A DNA stretch of 63,790 nt, filler included, from Stramenopiles sp. TOSAG23-6 (GCA_900128565.1; 56 parts of 56 records of this genome joined end to end with filler, not necessarily neighbours in it), one strand, 5' to 3'; positions 25,358 to 40,090 are shown, counted from the whole stretch's first letter. Notes: generated from the sequence alone by a model not told the origin. Program-made: numbers and translations.

Positions 25358-26217
25358 TAGCAAAATTAAATGATGCGTTGGGGTTAGAAGAATTATTTCA
25401 TAAGGTACTTTTATCTCATGAAAAAACGTTAGGTACAAAATTTACTAGTAAAAAAATACTTTCCTCTCATGAAAATGTCAATGAAAATTGTAGACAAATT
25501 TTCCGACATAGAAAGAAACATAATAACCCTAACCCTAATGTAAATGATAGAAAATTACGGATGTATTTACAATCTGTCAAAAGTGCGATTCAATGTGATT
25601 CAAAACAAATGACAAATATTGAAATAGAAAAGTCTATTAGTGCAATACAGTACGTTTTAGTTTTTTTCAATTTTTATCTAAATTTTTTTTCGTACGAAAT
25701 TTCGTACTTAACAAAACATTTTTTTAAAAAAAATATTTTTTCACAATATATTGTCATTGAACGAATGTGTGATGTTAATTTCATTACTGTTACTCCATTT
25801 ACCTGTGAGATTTTATTACAAATTTTACAGAAAAATAATGCTACTCGCGCTACCGAATTGTTTTTTAATAGACTGAAGATTTCACAATGTATGTTACATT
25901 ACATTCTCCATCATTTCAATGTTTGACCAATTTTTCAACCAATTTTTTTTTGTACCAAAACTTGTACCTAAAAAAAATTTGAAAAATTTGAAAAATTTGA
26001 AAAATTTGTACCTAACAAAACGTGTACAAAATTTTGAAATATTGTACAAACATTACATATACAACTATAAATGGATATTTAGAAATAATGAATTTATACA
26101 ATGATAAATTAGATTGGAAAAAAACTTTACAATTATATACAGAAGTTTTGTCAAATTATAAAGATAATTTAGAAATGAAATATCTTTCAAAGTTTCATGG
26201 TTTAGCGATAGAAGCAT
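25258..26217 (+). CDS. Hypothetical helical protein with poly-Asn, spliced (contig present five times, 25258-30867)
   Basis: Introns 25650-25751 and 25889-26058 (both GT-AT) keep the frame. Confidence 0.55.
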
Positions 26218-26399
26218 GTATGTTTTATTTTTTTTAAATTCGAATTTTTTTTCGTACGAAATTTTGTACCTAACGATTTTTTTTTGAAATATTTTTCCAN
26301 NNNNNNNNNNNNNNNNNNNNNNNNNNNNNNNNNNNNNNNNNNNTTAATTAATTAANNNNNNNNNNNNNNNNNNNNNNNNNNNNNNNNNNNNNNNNNNNN

Positions 26400-26454
<55 letters not shown>

Positions 26455-26463
26455 TAGCAAAAA

Positions 26464-26499
<36 letters not shown>

Positions 26500-27541
26500 T
26501 AGCAAAATTAAATGATGCGTTGGGGTTAGAAGAATTATTTCATAAGGTACTTTTATCTCATGAAAAAACGTTAGGTACAAAATTTACTAGTAAAAAAATA
26601 CTTTCCTCTCATGAAAATGTCAATGAAAATTGTAGACAAATTTTCCGACATAGAAAGAAACATAATAACCCTAACCCTAATGTAAATGATAGAAAATTAC
26701 GGATGTATTTACAATCTGTCAAAAGTGCGATTCAATGTGATTCAAAACAAATGACAAATATTGAAATAGAAAAGTCTATTAGTGCAATACAGTACGTTTT
26801 AGTTTTTTTCAATTTTTATCTAAATTTTTTTTCGTACGAAATTTCGTACTTAACAAAACATTTTTTTAAAAAAAATATTTTTTCACAATATATTGTCATT
26901 GAACGAATGTGTGATGTTAATTTCATTACTGTTACTCCATTTACCTGTGAGATTTTATTACAAATTTTACAGAAAAATAATGCTACTCGCGCTACCGAAT
27001 TGTTTTTTAATAGACTGAAGATTTCACAATGTATGTTACATTACATTCTCCATCATTTCAATGTTTGACCAATTTTTCAACCAATTTTTTTTTGTACCAA
27101 AACTTGTACCTAAAAAAAATTTGAAAAATTTGAAAAATTTGAAAAATTTGTACCTAACAAAACGTGTACAAAATTTTGAAATATTGTACAAACATTACAT
27201 ATACAACTATAAATGGATATTTAGAAATAATGAATTTATACAATGATAAATTAGATTGGAAAAAAACTTTACAATTATATACAGAAGTTTTGTCAAATTA
27301 TAAAGATAATTTAGAAATGAAATATCTTTCAAAGTTTCATGGTTTAGCGATAGAAGCATGTATGTTTTATTTTTTTTAAATTCGAATTTTTTTTCGTACG
27401 AAATTTTGTACCTAACGATTTTTTTTTGAAATATTTTTCCANNNNNNNNNNNNNNNNNNNNNNNNNNNNNNNNNNNNNNNNNNNNTTAATTAATTAANNN
27501 NNNNNNNNNNNNNNNNNNNNNNNNNNNNNNNNNNNNNNNNN

Positions 27542-27596
<55 letters not shown>

Positions 27597-27605
27597 TAGC
27601 AAAAA

Positions 27606-27641
<36 letters not shown>

Positions 27642-28683
27642 TAGCAAAATTAAATGATGCGTTGGGGTTAGAAGAATTATTTCATAAGGTACTTTTATCT
27701 CATGAAAAAACGTTAGGTACAAAATTTACTAGTAAAAAAATACTTTCCTCTCATGAAAATGTCAATGAAAATTGTAGACAAATTTTCCGACATAGAAAGA
27801 AACATAATAACCCTAACCCTAATGTAAATGATAGAAAATTACGGATGTATTTACAATCTGTCAAAAGTGCGATTCAATGTGATTCAAAACAAATGACAAA
27901 TATTGAAATAGAAAAGTCTATTAGTGCAATACAGTACGTTTTAGTTTTTTTCAATTTTTATCTAAATTTTTTTTCGTACGAAATTTCGTACTTAACAAAA
28001 CATTTTTTTAAAAAAAATATTTTTTCACAATATATTGTCATTGAACGAATGTGTGATGTTAATTTCATTACTGTTACTCCATTTACCTGTGAGATTTTAT
28101 TACAAATTTTACAGAAAAATAATGCTACTCGCGCTACCGAATTGTTTTTTAATAGACTGAAGATTTCACAATGTATGTTACATTACATTCTCCATCATTT
28201 CAATGTTTGACCAATTTTTCAACCAATTTTTTTTTGTACCAAAACTTGTACCTAAAAAAAATTTGAAAAATTTGAAAAATTTGAAAAATTTGTACCTAAC
28301 AAAACGTGTACAAAATTTTGAAATATTGTACAAACATTACATATACAACTATAAATGGATATTTAGAAATAATGAATTTATACAATGATAAATTAGATTG
28401 GAAAAAAACTTTACAATTATATACAGAAGTTTTGTCAAATTATAAAGATAATTTAGAAATGAAATATCTTTCAAAGTTTCATGGTTTAGCGATAGAAGCA
28501 TGTATGTTTTATTTTTTTTAAATTCGAATTTTTTTTCGTACGAAATTTTGTACCTAACGATTTTTTTTTGAAATATTTTTCCANNNNNNNNNNNNNNNNN
28601 NNNNNNNNNNNNNNNNNNNNNNNNNNNTTAATTAATTAANNNNNNNNNNNNNNNNNNNNNNNNNNNNNNNNNNNNNNNNNNNN

Positions 28684-28738
<55 letters not shown>

Positions 28739-28747
28739 TAGCAAAAA

Positions 28748-28783
<36 letters not shown>

Positions 28784-29825
28784 TAGCAAAATTAAATGAT
28801 GCGTTGGGGTTAGAAGAATTATTTCATAAGGTACTTTTATCTCATGAAAAAACGTTAGGTACAAAATTTACTAGTAAAAAAATACTTTCCTCTCATGAAA
28901 ATGTCAATGAAAATTGTAGACAAATTTTCCGACATAGAAAGAAACATAATAACCCTAACCCTAATGTAAATGATAGAAAATTACGGATGTATTTACAATC
29001 TGTCAAAAGTGCGATTCAATGTGATTCAAAACAAATGACAAATATTGAAATAGAAAAGTCTATTAGTGCAATACAGTACGTTTTAGTTTTTTTCAATTTT
29101 TATCTAAATTTTTTTTCGTACGAAATTTCGTACTTAACAAAACATTTTTTTAAAAAAAATATTTTTTCACAATATATTGTCATTGAACGAATGTGTGATG
29201 TTAATTTCATTACTGTTACTCCATTTACCTGTGAGATTTTATTACAAATTTTACAGAAAAATAATGCTACTCGCGCTACCGAATTGTTTTTTAATAGACT
29301 GAAGATTTCACAATGTATGTTACATTACATTCTCCATCATTTCAATGTTTGACCAATTTTTCAACCAATTTTTTTTTGTACCAAAACTTGTACCTAAAAA
29401 AAATTTGAAAAATTTGAAAAATTTGAAAAATTTGTACCTAACAAAACGTGTACAAAATTTTGAAATATTGTACAAACATTACATATACAACTATAAATGG
29501 ATATTTAGAAATAATGAATTTATACAATGATAAATTAGATTGGAAAAAAACTTTACAATTATATACAGAAGTTTTGTCAAATTATAAAGATAATTTAGAA
29601 ATGAAATATCTTTCAAAGTTTCATGGTTTAGCGATAGAAGCATGTATGTTTTATTTTTTTTAAATTCGAATTTTTTTTCGTACGAAATTTTGTACCTAAC
29701 GATTTTTTTTTGAAATATTTTTCCANNNNNNNNNNNNNNNNNNNNNNNNNNNNNNNNNNNNNNNNNNNNTTAATTAATTAANNNNNNNNNNNNNNNNNNN
29801 NNNNNNNNNNNNNNNNNNNNNNNNN

Positions 29826-29880
<55 letters not shown>

Positions 29881-29889
29881 TAGCAAAAA

Positions 29890-29925
<36 letters not shown>

Positions 29926-30967
29926 TAGCAAAATTAAATGATGCGTTGGGGTTAGAAGAATTATTTCATAAGGTACTTTTATCTCATGAAAAAACGTTAG
30001 GTACAAAATTTACTAGTAAAAAAATACTTTCCTCTCATGAAAATGTCAATGAAAATTGTAGACAAATTTTCCGACATAGAAAGAAACATAATAACCCTAA
30101 CCCTAATGTAAATGATAGAAAATTACGGATGTATTTACAATCTGTCAAAAGTGCGATTCAATGTGATTCAAAACAAATGACAAATATTGAAATAGAAAAG
30201 TCTATTAGTGCAATACAGTACGTTTTAGTTTTTTTCAATTTTTATCTAAATTTTTTTTCGTACGAAATTTCGTACTTAACAAAACATTTTTTTAAAAAAA
30301 ATATTTTTTCACAATATATTGTCATTGAACGAATGTGTGATGTTAATTTCATTACTGTTACTCCATTTACCTGTGAGATTTTATTACAAATTTTACAGAA
30401 AAATAATGCTACTCGCGCTACCGAATTGTTTTTTAATAGACTGAAGATTTCACAATGTATGTTACATTACATTCTCCATCATTTCAATGTTTGACCAATT
30501 TTTCAACCAATTTTTTTTTGTACCAAAACTTGTACCTAAAAAAAATTTGAAAAATTTGAAAAATTTGAAAAATTTGTACCTAACAAAACGTGTACAAAAT
30601 TTTGAAATATTGTACAAACATTACATATACAACTATAAATGGATATTTAGAAATAATGAATTTATACAATGATAAATTAGATTGGAAAAAAACTTTACAA
30701 TTATATACAGAAGTTTTGTCAAATTATAAAGATAATTTAGAAATGAAATATCTTTCAAAGTTTCATGGTTTAGCGATAGAAGCATGTATGTTTTATTTTT
30801 TTTAAATTCGAATTTTTTTTCGTACGAAATTTTGTACCTAACGATTTTTTTTTGAAATATTTTTCCANNNNNNNNNNNNNNNNNNNNNNNNNNNNNNNNN
30901 NNNNNNNNNNNTTAATTAATTAANNNNNNNNNNNNNNNNNNNNNNNNNNNNNNNNNNNNNNNNNNNN

Positions 30968-31509
30968 GTCAACTCCCATGTAATTTTAAAACACCTGAAG
31001 CTGAAAATGCTCATAAAAACGCAATGCTTGGAGTTTTAAGTCAACTTCCATGTGAGCAAATGAACGAACCAAACAAAGCAGAGCATCATCGACAGCTCTT
31101 ACAAGTGCTAAGTCAACTCCCATGTAATTTTAAAACACCTGAAGCTGAAAATGCTCATAAAAACGCAATGCTTGGAGTTTTAAGTCAACTTCCATGTGAG
31201 CAAATGAACGAACCAAACAAAGCAGAGCATCATCGACAGCTCTTACAAGTGCTAAGTCAACTCCCATGTAATTTTAAAACACCTGAAGCTGAAAATGCTC
31301 ATAAAAACGCAATGCTTGGAGTTTTAAGTCAACTTCCATGTGAGCAAATGAACGAACCAAACAAAGCAGAGCATCATCGACAGCTCTTACAAGTGCTAAG
31401 TCAACTCCCATGTAATTTTAAAACACCTGAAGCTGAAAATGCTCATAAAAACGCGATGCTTAGAATTTTAAGTCAGTTGAAACAGCAGATGAAACTTAAT
31501 GATCTTTAG
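30968..31509 (+). CDS. Protein with 45-aa (135-bp) near-perfect tandem repeats, C terminus
   Basis: SQLPCNFKTPEAENAHKNAMLGVLSQLPCEQMNEPNKAEHHRQLLQVL repeated ~3.5 times. Confidence 0.75.
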
Positions 31510-31564
31510 TACTTTTATGAAGTACAACAAAAAACAATTAATGAAAATAGTTACAATTATTAAT

Positions 31565-32009
31565 TTATATTTTTCTCTTTTGCTCCATCGTCTGCTTTTG
31601 CTTCATCATTTGTCTTCGTTTCTGCTTCAGTCTTTGCTTTTTCCTCAGCTTTATCTTCTAAATCAGTCTTTAACGTTATTTCTGCTTCAGTCTTTGCTTT
31701 TTCCTCAGCTTTATCTTCTGGTTCAGTCTTTAACTTTGTCTCTGCTTCAGTCTTTGCTACAGCATTTACCTTCGCATCGTCAGCCTTTGCATCTACTTCA
31801 TTTTCTGCATTTGTCTCTGCTTCGGATTTTGCCTCTGCCTCTGCTTCGGCTTTTACCTCTGCTTCGGCTTTTGCTTTTACATCAGCTTTTGCTTTTACAT
31901 CAGCTTTTGCTTTTACAACTGCTTCAGCTTTTGCTTTTACAACTGCTTCAGCTCTTGCTTTTACATCTGCTTCAGCTTTTGCTTTTACATCTGCTTCAGC
32001 TTTTGCTTT
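31565..32009 (-). CDS. Ala/Lys/Glu-rich low-complexity repeat protein, C terminus
   Basis: [14 protein letters not shown]... open frame ending QKRKI*. Confidence 0.65.
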
Positions 32010-32211
32010 NNNNNNNNNNNNNNNNNNNNNNNNNNNNNNNNNNNNNNNNNNNNTTAATTAATTAANNNNNNNNNNNNNNNNNNNNNNNNNNNNNNNNNNN
32101 NNNNNNNNNATGTATTTTGGAAAAATATTTCAAAAAAAATTCTAAAAAAATTGTTAGGTACAAAATTACGTACGAAAAAAAAATTAGAATTTGAAAAAAA
32201 ATAAAACATAC

Positions 32212-33020
32212 ATCTCCACCATATTGAATTACTATATTATCTGACACAATAGTCATTGGTATAGAATTATTTTCTACATACGATGGACACAACATTTCAA
32301 TTTCAGAAGTATCTAATTCAAATACAATTTCACTTTTTTGATTTTTTTCATTATTTTTTTCATTATTTTTTTCATTATTTTTTTCATTTTTTTCAAAATG
32401 ATGAAATATTCCAAATATTCCAAAATCATCAGAAGGAGTCCAAAANAGTAATGCAAAAACNCCTTGCCAGAAAAAATCATTTATTTCTAGCCATTGCTGT
32501 ACATGTAAACAGGAAAATGCTGGAGGAATTTTTACTTGAAGTAAAGATTGATGTTTATGAAATGGCATGTATTTCAGAAAAATATTTTTTTTTTTAGTAA
32601 TTTTTTTGTTAGGTACAAAATTTCGTATGAAAAAAAAATAAATTTAAAATTAAATTTAAAATTGATTTTGAAAATACATTCCAATAAGATCAGCAGCTTT
32701 TTTTGTTTGACTATTATCAAAAGTAAATGATAAACATTCATAGTTTTTCTTAGTTTTCTTAGTTTTGTTGTCTTTTTCTTTCGTACCAAAATTTGTACCT
32801 AATGAATTTTTCCGATTCAAAAACAATTTTGAATATTTTTTTTTAAATGTACTTTTTTTTGCGCATAACCCTAACCCTAATGAATTATTTTTTGTATTGA
32901 AAATATCGTCAAGAATCCAATCATGTGTATAGCCTTTAATAGTATATACATTTCCAATAATATTTGAATCAATTGAAATTGATTTTGCACGAAATGAGCA
33001 TAATCGCCGACCCATACGAT
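32212..33020 (-). CDS. Hypothetical protein, spliced
   Basis: GT-AT intron 32567-32677 joins LIGM to PFHK; flanking family introns. Confidence 0.55.
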
Positions 33021-33250
33021 CTTTATTGAAAGCAATGTTTTTTTGAACAATATTTTTTTTTTTTTGAAATTTTTTTTTTTTGTTAGGTACAAATTTTCCT
33101 ACAAAAAAAAAAAAAAAAAATTTTTTAAAAAAATTTTTTTTAAAAAAAAANNNNNNNNNNNNNNNNNNNNNNNNNNNNNNNNNNNNNNNNNNNNTTAATT
33201 AATTAANNNNNNNNNNNNNNNNNNNNNNNNNNNNNNNNNNNNNNNNNNNN

Positions 33251-34290
33251 AATAAAAGAGAAAGGCTCTTATGTGGTATTTTTGTGAATACGATAGAATG
33301 TCTCTACATTTATATACTGCACTATGATAATCTTTTGTTCTACTTATACCCAATACATTTTTACCAAAGTGATGACGATGATGATGCTTATGTGTTCTAT
33401 GATTGTGTAAATGTTTATGTTCTTTGCCTAAATCACTTGGTATGGAGTATTGATTTATTCTAGTGTGTTTATATATATCATAAGTTTGTTTGTATATTTG
33501 CGTCATAACACACATTATTCGACCTATAGAATCTAATTGGGAGGATTCATTAGCATTTACTAGACAATTATTAAAATTATTTGAACTTGAAGTATCTACT
33601 GATGGTGTTGATTTTTCATTGGATATTTCTGTACTATTAGTATCAGTGTTATTATTATCATTCTTCTCATAATTATCAGCACTATTATTATCTGCATTAT
33701 TATCTACCAATAATGCACGTTTTTTATTTGCTCTCAATCGATGTCTACTTTCTTTAATGTATTCACTGAAATACCATATTTCATCTGCACAATACAAATA
33801 AACATTACCATTATATCTATCTGGTATACCTTTATCACAAATCATTACTAAAAATGCTTCATAAGCGGCATACATTCCAATACGTCTTAAATACTTTTCA
33901 CCTTTTTCTGTAATTAAACCAAAACAAGCATCTTTCTGTTGTCTAGTATATATACTTCTTTGTTTTGATTGTATCTTTGTAGCAGCAAAATATTCTCTTC
34001 GCTGCTTCCGCAATGAAAATCCACGATGTCGTGATTGTATTTTTGTGGCAGCTGCCGTTTGTAAAACATGGTTTCGTAATACATTTCCTCTAAATATTGC
34101 CTGTATAGAAGTAGCTGATTTATGTTCTAATATCTTTTGATTTTCAATGGTTTTTCTTACAGCCCTACCACGAATCCTTGATTGAAGTAATATAGCAAGT
34201 CTCTTTTTTACTCGTAATGTTTCTCTAGCTGCTCTTCCTCGTTCCATTGTTTGCATTTTTTTTGCTGCTACATTTTGTGTTTTAATATTT
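33251..34290 (-). CDS. IQ calmodulin-binding motif protein, partial
   Basis: Repeated ATKIQSRHRG / LQSRIRG motifs. Confidence 0.8.
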
Positions 34291-34814
34291 NNNNNNNNNN
34301 NNNNNNNNNNNNNNNNNNNNNNNNNNNNNNNNNNTTAATTAATTAANNNNNNNNNNNNNNNNNNNNNNNNNNNNNNNNNNNNNNNNNNNNAAGAGCAAAG
34401 ATGAATAGATTTCGTTTAACGAGAAAAAAAAAAAGATTTAATTGTTTTATTAAAAAAAAAAAAAAAAAGAATTATTTTTGTTGATGGACCTCCAAAAAAA
34501 CGAATTCAAATGAGTATTTCTGAAATTGATAAAATACTTTTATTTCCATGTATTTCCACTCATCATGAAGAATTGAATGAACAAGAGAAAAAAAATTCTG
34601 CTTTATTAGATAAAAGAGTACGAGTTTAAGTGTATAGTATAGTCTTTTTTTTTCTTCTTTTTTTTTCTTCCTCTTTTTTTCTTCTTTTTTTTCTTCTTTT
34701 TTTTTTTTTTTTTCTTCTTCTTCTTTTTCTTCTTTTTTTTCTCGTTAAACGAAATCTATTCATCTTTGCTCTTGATATAACCTTTAATCTCCCTCCGTTT
34801 CTACATACACTGTG

Positions 34815-35129
34815 TTACCTTCTTTCTACAATTTCTTGATATTCTTCGTAATTTTTCAAAATATCACTCAACTCATTCAATGTTATTTTTTTATTCTCAT
34901 CACGATCTGCTTCATGCATAAACTCTTCGATCTCGATTGCACTTAATGGATAACCCATCTCACCTACCATAGCACGAAGTTCACGTTTTGATACTTCTTT
35001 GTTGTCATCATAATCAAACACTCTGAAAGCGTCTTCAATTTCTGCTGACGTAACTTTTCCTACACAACTGCGAAAAAGAAACATGAAAATTAGTAGTCTG
35101 AAATAGAGAACAGTGTTGGGATTTACCAT
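34815..35129 (-). CDS. Small EF-hand protein with a signal-peptide-like N terminus
   Basis: AFRVFDYDDNKEVSKREL and EADRDENKKITLNEL. Confidence 0.75.
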   Translation of the reverse strand: MVNPNTVLYFRLLIFMFLFRSCVGKVTSAEIEDAFRVFDYDDNKEVSKRELRAMVGEMGYPLSAIEIEEFMHEADRDENKKITLNELSDILKNYEEYQEIVERR

Positions 35130-35530
35130 GATTGTATCTTCTTCGTACTGGATGAAATGGAATGTATACGTGTTGGATTGATATAGGCTGTAGGATAAGA
35201 CAATGTTACGTACGTAAAAACACTACGAAAAATAACAAACAAAAGAATCTTGAAATGAATTGAGTATTATTTATATATATATATCAGTGTACTTTAGTGT
35301 TTTTGCGTGTACTCAAAATTGAAAATTTGAAATGACTCAAATGAGACACTTTTTCAAAAAAACAGGATTGTTCCATTTTTCTTCTTTTTTTTCTCGTTAA
35401 ACGAAATCTATTCATCTTTGCTCTTGATATNNNNNNNNNNNNNNNNNNNNNNNNNNNNNNNNNNNNNNNNNNNNTTAATTAATTAANNNNNNNNNNNNNN
35501 NNNNNNNNNNNNNNNNNNNNNNNNNNNNNN

Positions 35531-36570
35531 AAAGAAATACTTTTGAAACACGATAAAATTACATTTAGTGACATCAAAATGAAAATGAAAAACATTAGAA
35601 ATCAAAAAATATTACAATTCCTCAGTCCAACAAAGGATTTTGCAAGATATCTAAAAACAAAGCTTGGTATTGATGTTTGCGGCATAAACAAACGTCTTGA
35701 AATTTTTATCATCTTGGTACAAAGGGGATTTAACCCAAGTGATGAAGATTTTCAGAAAGTAAAGTTCAAAAATAAGCAAGAGAAAGATATATTCAAAAGG
35801 GTAATAGATGTATCTAAGGTCAAAGAGGTTGAAGAAGAAATAAATGATCAAAATGATGACAGTACAAACATGGAAGAGAATGGTCAAACCAAGGGATGGG
35901 AAAATACAGCTAAACAGAGACTTGGAAAAGATATCCTTCATTGCAAGTTGAAAGAGGTGAAAGACACACTCCTGAAACACGATAAAATCACATTTAATGG
36001 GATCAAATTACCAGGCTTTGGAAATCAAAAAATATTACATTTACTTAGTCCAACAGAGAATTTTGAACGTTTTCTTGAAAATAACCGTAAAATTATGCCA
36101 TGTGACATAAAAAGACGTTTTGAAATGTTTTGGGCTTTGCTTAATAGCGGATTCAAGGTCAATGATAAAGATATTGATAAAGCTAAAATAAAAGATGAAC
36201 AAGAGAGAGTCCTTTTTAAGAGACTATTGGGGAGATTCAATGGAAAGAAAAAAAAGAATTCAATGAAAATACTTTAAGCCAAGATTTGCCAAGTGAAATA
36301 AAAGAAAGATCTTCTGAAAATGATCTTAAAGGTAATTTTGATAGGAGACGTGGCCATTTTCGCGGTAATGAATGGCATAATGACAAACTTGGTGAACGTC
36401 GTGGAGATGGTCATGCTGAGAGACCCGATGAGAGAAAATATGATGAGAACGTACATGAAGAGAGAATACCTTCAGAGAGACGTTATGAGAACAAACGTGA
36501 TGAGAGAATACTTTCTGAGAGACGTTATGAGAGAAGACCTTCTGAGAGGGGTTATGATGAGAGACGTTAT
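35531..36570 (+). CDS. Unknown protein with two ~140-aa repeats and an ERRY-rich tail (contig present three times, to 38850)
   Basis: LLKHDKITF...NQKIL..LSPT repeated; the two ORFs join across an A-homopolymer frameshift near 36250. Confidence 0.6.
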
Positions 36571-38950
36571 NNNNNNNNNNNNNNNNNNNNNNNNNNNNNN
36601 NNNNNNNNNNNNNNTTAATTAATTAANNNNNNNNNNNNNNNNNNNNNNNNNNNNNNNNNNNNNNNNNNNNAAAGAAATACTTTTGAAACACGATAAAATT
36701 ACATTTAGTGACATCAAAATGAAAATGAAAAACATTAGAAATCAAAAAATATTACAATTCCTCAGTCCAACAAAGGATTTTGCAAGATATCTAAAAACAA
36801 AGCTTGGTATTGATGTTTGCGGCATAAACAAACGTCTTGAAATTTTTATCATCTTGGTACAAAGGGGATTTAACCCAAGTGATGAAGATTTTCAGAAAGT
36901 AAAGTTCAAAAATAAGCAAGAGAAAGATATATTCAAAAGGGTAATAGATGTATCTAAGGTCAAAGAGGTTGAAGAAGAAATAAATGATCAAAATGATGAC
37001 AGTACAAACATGGAAGAGAATGGTCAAACCAAGGGATGGGAAAATACAGCTAAACAGAGACTTGGAAAAGATATCCTTCATTGCAAGTTGAAAGAGGTGA
37101 AAGACACACTCCTGAAACACGATAAAATCACATTTAATGGGATCAAATTACCAGGCTTTGGAAATCAAAAAATATTACATTTACTTAGTCCAACAGAGAA
37201 TTTTGAACGTTTTCTTGAAAATAACCGTAAAATTATGCCATGTGACATAAAAAGACGTTTTGAAATGTTTTGGGCTTTGCTTAATAGCGGATTCAAGGTC
37301 AATGATAAAGATATTGATAAAGCTAAAATAAAAGATGAACAAGAGAGAGTCCTTTTTAAGAGACTATTGGGGAGATTCAATGGAAAGAAAAAAAAGAATT
37401 CAATGAAAATACTTTAAGCCAAGATTTGCCAAGTGAAATAAAAGAAAGATCTTCTGAAAATGATCTTAAAGGTAATTTTGATAGGAGACGTGGCCATTTT
37501 CGCGGTAATGAATGGCATAATGACAAACTTGGTGAACGTCGTGGAGATGGTCATGCTGAGAGACCCGATGAGAGAAAATATGATGAGAACGTACATGAAG
37601 AGAGAATACCTTCAGAGAGACGTTATGAGAACAAACGTGATGAGAGAATACTTTCTGAGAGACGTTATGAGAGAAGACCTTCTGAGAGGGGTTATGATGA
37701 GAGACGTTATNNNNNNNNNNNNNNNNNNNNNNNNNNNNNNNNNNNNNNNNNNNNTTAATTAATTAANNNNNNNNNNNNNNNNNNNNNNNNNNNNNNNNNN
37801 NNNNNNNNNNAAAGAAATACTTTTGAAACACGATAAAATTACATTTAGTGACATCAAAATGAAAATGAAAAACATTAGAAATCAAAAAATATTACAATTC
37901 CTCAGTCCAACAAAGGATTTTGCAAGATATCTAAAAACAAAGCTTGGTATTGATGTTTGCGGCATAAACAAACGTCTTGAAATTTTTATCATCTTGGTAC
38001 AAAGGGGATTTAACCCAAGTGATGAAGATTTTCAGAAAGTAAAGTTCAAAAATAAGCAAGAGAAAGATATATTCAAAAGGGTAATAGATGTATCTAAGGT
38101 CAAAGAGGTTGAAGAAGAAATAAATGATCAAAATGATGACAGTACAAACATGGAAGAGAATGGTCAAACCAAGGGATGGGAAAATACAGCTAAACAGAGA
38201 CTTGGAAAAGATATCCTTCATTGCAAGTTGAAAGAGGTGAAAGACACACTCCTGAAACACGATAAAATCACATTTAATGGGATCAAATTACCAGGCTTTG
38301 GAAATCAAAAAATATTACATTTACTTAGTCCAACAGAGAATTTTGAACGTTTTCTTGAAAATAACCGTAAAATTATGCCATGTGACATAAAAAGACGTTT
38401 TGAAATGTTTTGGGCTTTGCTTAATAGCGGATTCAAGGTCAATGATAAAGATATTGATAAAGCTAAAATAAAAGATGAACAAGAGAGAGTCCTTTTTAAG
38501 AGACTATTGGGGAGATTCAATGGAAAGAAAAAAAAGAATTCAATGAAAATACTTTAAGCCAAGATTTGCCAAGTGAAATAAAAGAAAGATCTTCTGAAAA
38601 TGATCTTAAAGGTAATTTTGATAGGAGACGTGGCCATTTTCGCGGTAATGAATGGCATAATGACAAACTTGGTGAACGTCGTGGAGATGGTCATGCTGAG
38701 AGACCCGATGAGAGAAAATATGATGAGAACGTACATGAAGAGAGAATACCTTCAGAGAGACGTTATGAGAACAAACGTGATGAGAGAATACTTTCTGAGA
38801 GACGTTATGAGAGAAGACCTTCTGAGAGGGGTTATGATGAGAGACGTTATNNNNNNNNNNNNNNNNNNNNNNNNNNNNNNNNNNNNNNNNNNNNTTAATT
38901 AATTAANNNNNNNNNNNNNNNNNNNNNNNNNNNNNNNNNNNNNNNNNNNN

Positions 38951-39990
38951 TGTGGGATGGAGCAACACGATGCAGCAACTAAATTACAAGCTATACAACG
39001 GGGGCGGGCAAGTAGAAGATTTTTATTTGAAAAGAAAATGCAAATCCAAAACGAACAAGACCATGCAGCAACTAAATTACAAGCTATACAACGCGGTCGG
39101 TTAAGTCGAAGATACATTTCCCAGAGACACAGTGCAGCTATAAAGCTACAATCTCGCCAAAGAGGAAGAATTGCTAGAATAAATCATATGAATAAGAATA
39201 ATTTTGAACGTGAACTTCAAGCGGAAATATTGTCGCTCATGCGGTCGCTCAATTAGAGAGATGTGGATTTGTATCCCAGATGATAAAGTAAAACAAGTAT
39301 CTCAAATAGGACCATTGGAAAATTGTCCTTCACAACATAGTTTAAATACTGGAACTCTTGGTATGAGAGCACCATCAAAGGATACAAAGATTGCTATGGC
39401 TTCTTTAGGTTCAATAGATCTTACTGAGGCAAATATGGCAACTCTTATATTACGGCAAACAAAATTAAAGGAGGAATTGAATATGATTCATGCCCAACTT
39501 CGGCTCCGACGCCTAAAAATTCTAAATGAAAAAAAAAATGTAGATTCTATGTCGGGTCGTAAAAGAGCATTGATGAGACTTCGAGAACGTAAACAAAAGC
39601 GAGAAGCAAAGTTAGGTTTTCTCCCTGCACAACAACGGGCGTTGGCTGCAAGAAGAGAGCGACTGAGTAAACTCTTGGCGGAAGTTACGGCAGATGATTT
39701 TAATGACAAATTTCGTAATTCCGGTGTCAATGCGCCATTTGATCCCTCGGTATTTGTACATCATCGAGGCTATGAGCATCATATATCTGCACGACAGTCA
39801 ATTGATCTAAATTCTAATTCTTCATTTCAATCCAAAGCGCAAACTTTTGCAAAAGATGCAGAAGTAACGAGAGTCTTATCAAATGAAAGAAAACGCTTTA
39901 AGAAATTAAAAATGGAAAAAGCAACTCTTCTTGAAAATACTAAACGTGAACAACGCAAACTAGCACGCGATCGACGGCGACAACTGAAAA
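38951..39990 (+). CDS. IQ-motif protein, partial, with a frameshift near 39250
   Basis: AATKLQAIQRG repeats. Confidence 0.7.
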
Positions 39991-40090
39991 NNNNNNNNNN
40001 NNNNNNNNNNNNNNNNNNNNNNNNNNNNNNNNNNTTAATTAATTAANNNNNNNNNNNNNNNNNNNNNNNNNNNNNNNNNNNNNNNNNNNN

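Noticed and set aside
25258-30867. Five tandem copies of a 1.04-kb unit (also 1155-3360 twice and 35531-38850 three times)
   Set aside because: The copies are identical including ambiguous bases and are separated by artificial linkers. They are redundant contigs sorted by length, not a genomic array.
34391-35430. A 40-nt segment present inverted at the start and direct at 34735 and 35390
   Set aside because: Pattern at contig ends is consistent with a chimera or misassembly.
36240-36290. Programmed frameshifting (also ~345, ~39250, ~44965)
   Set aside because: There is no shared signal. Two of the sites lie in A homopolymers, so sequencing or assembly error is more likely.
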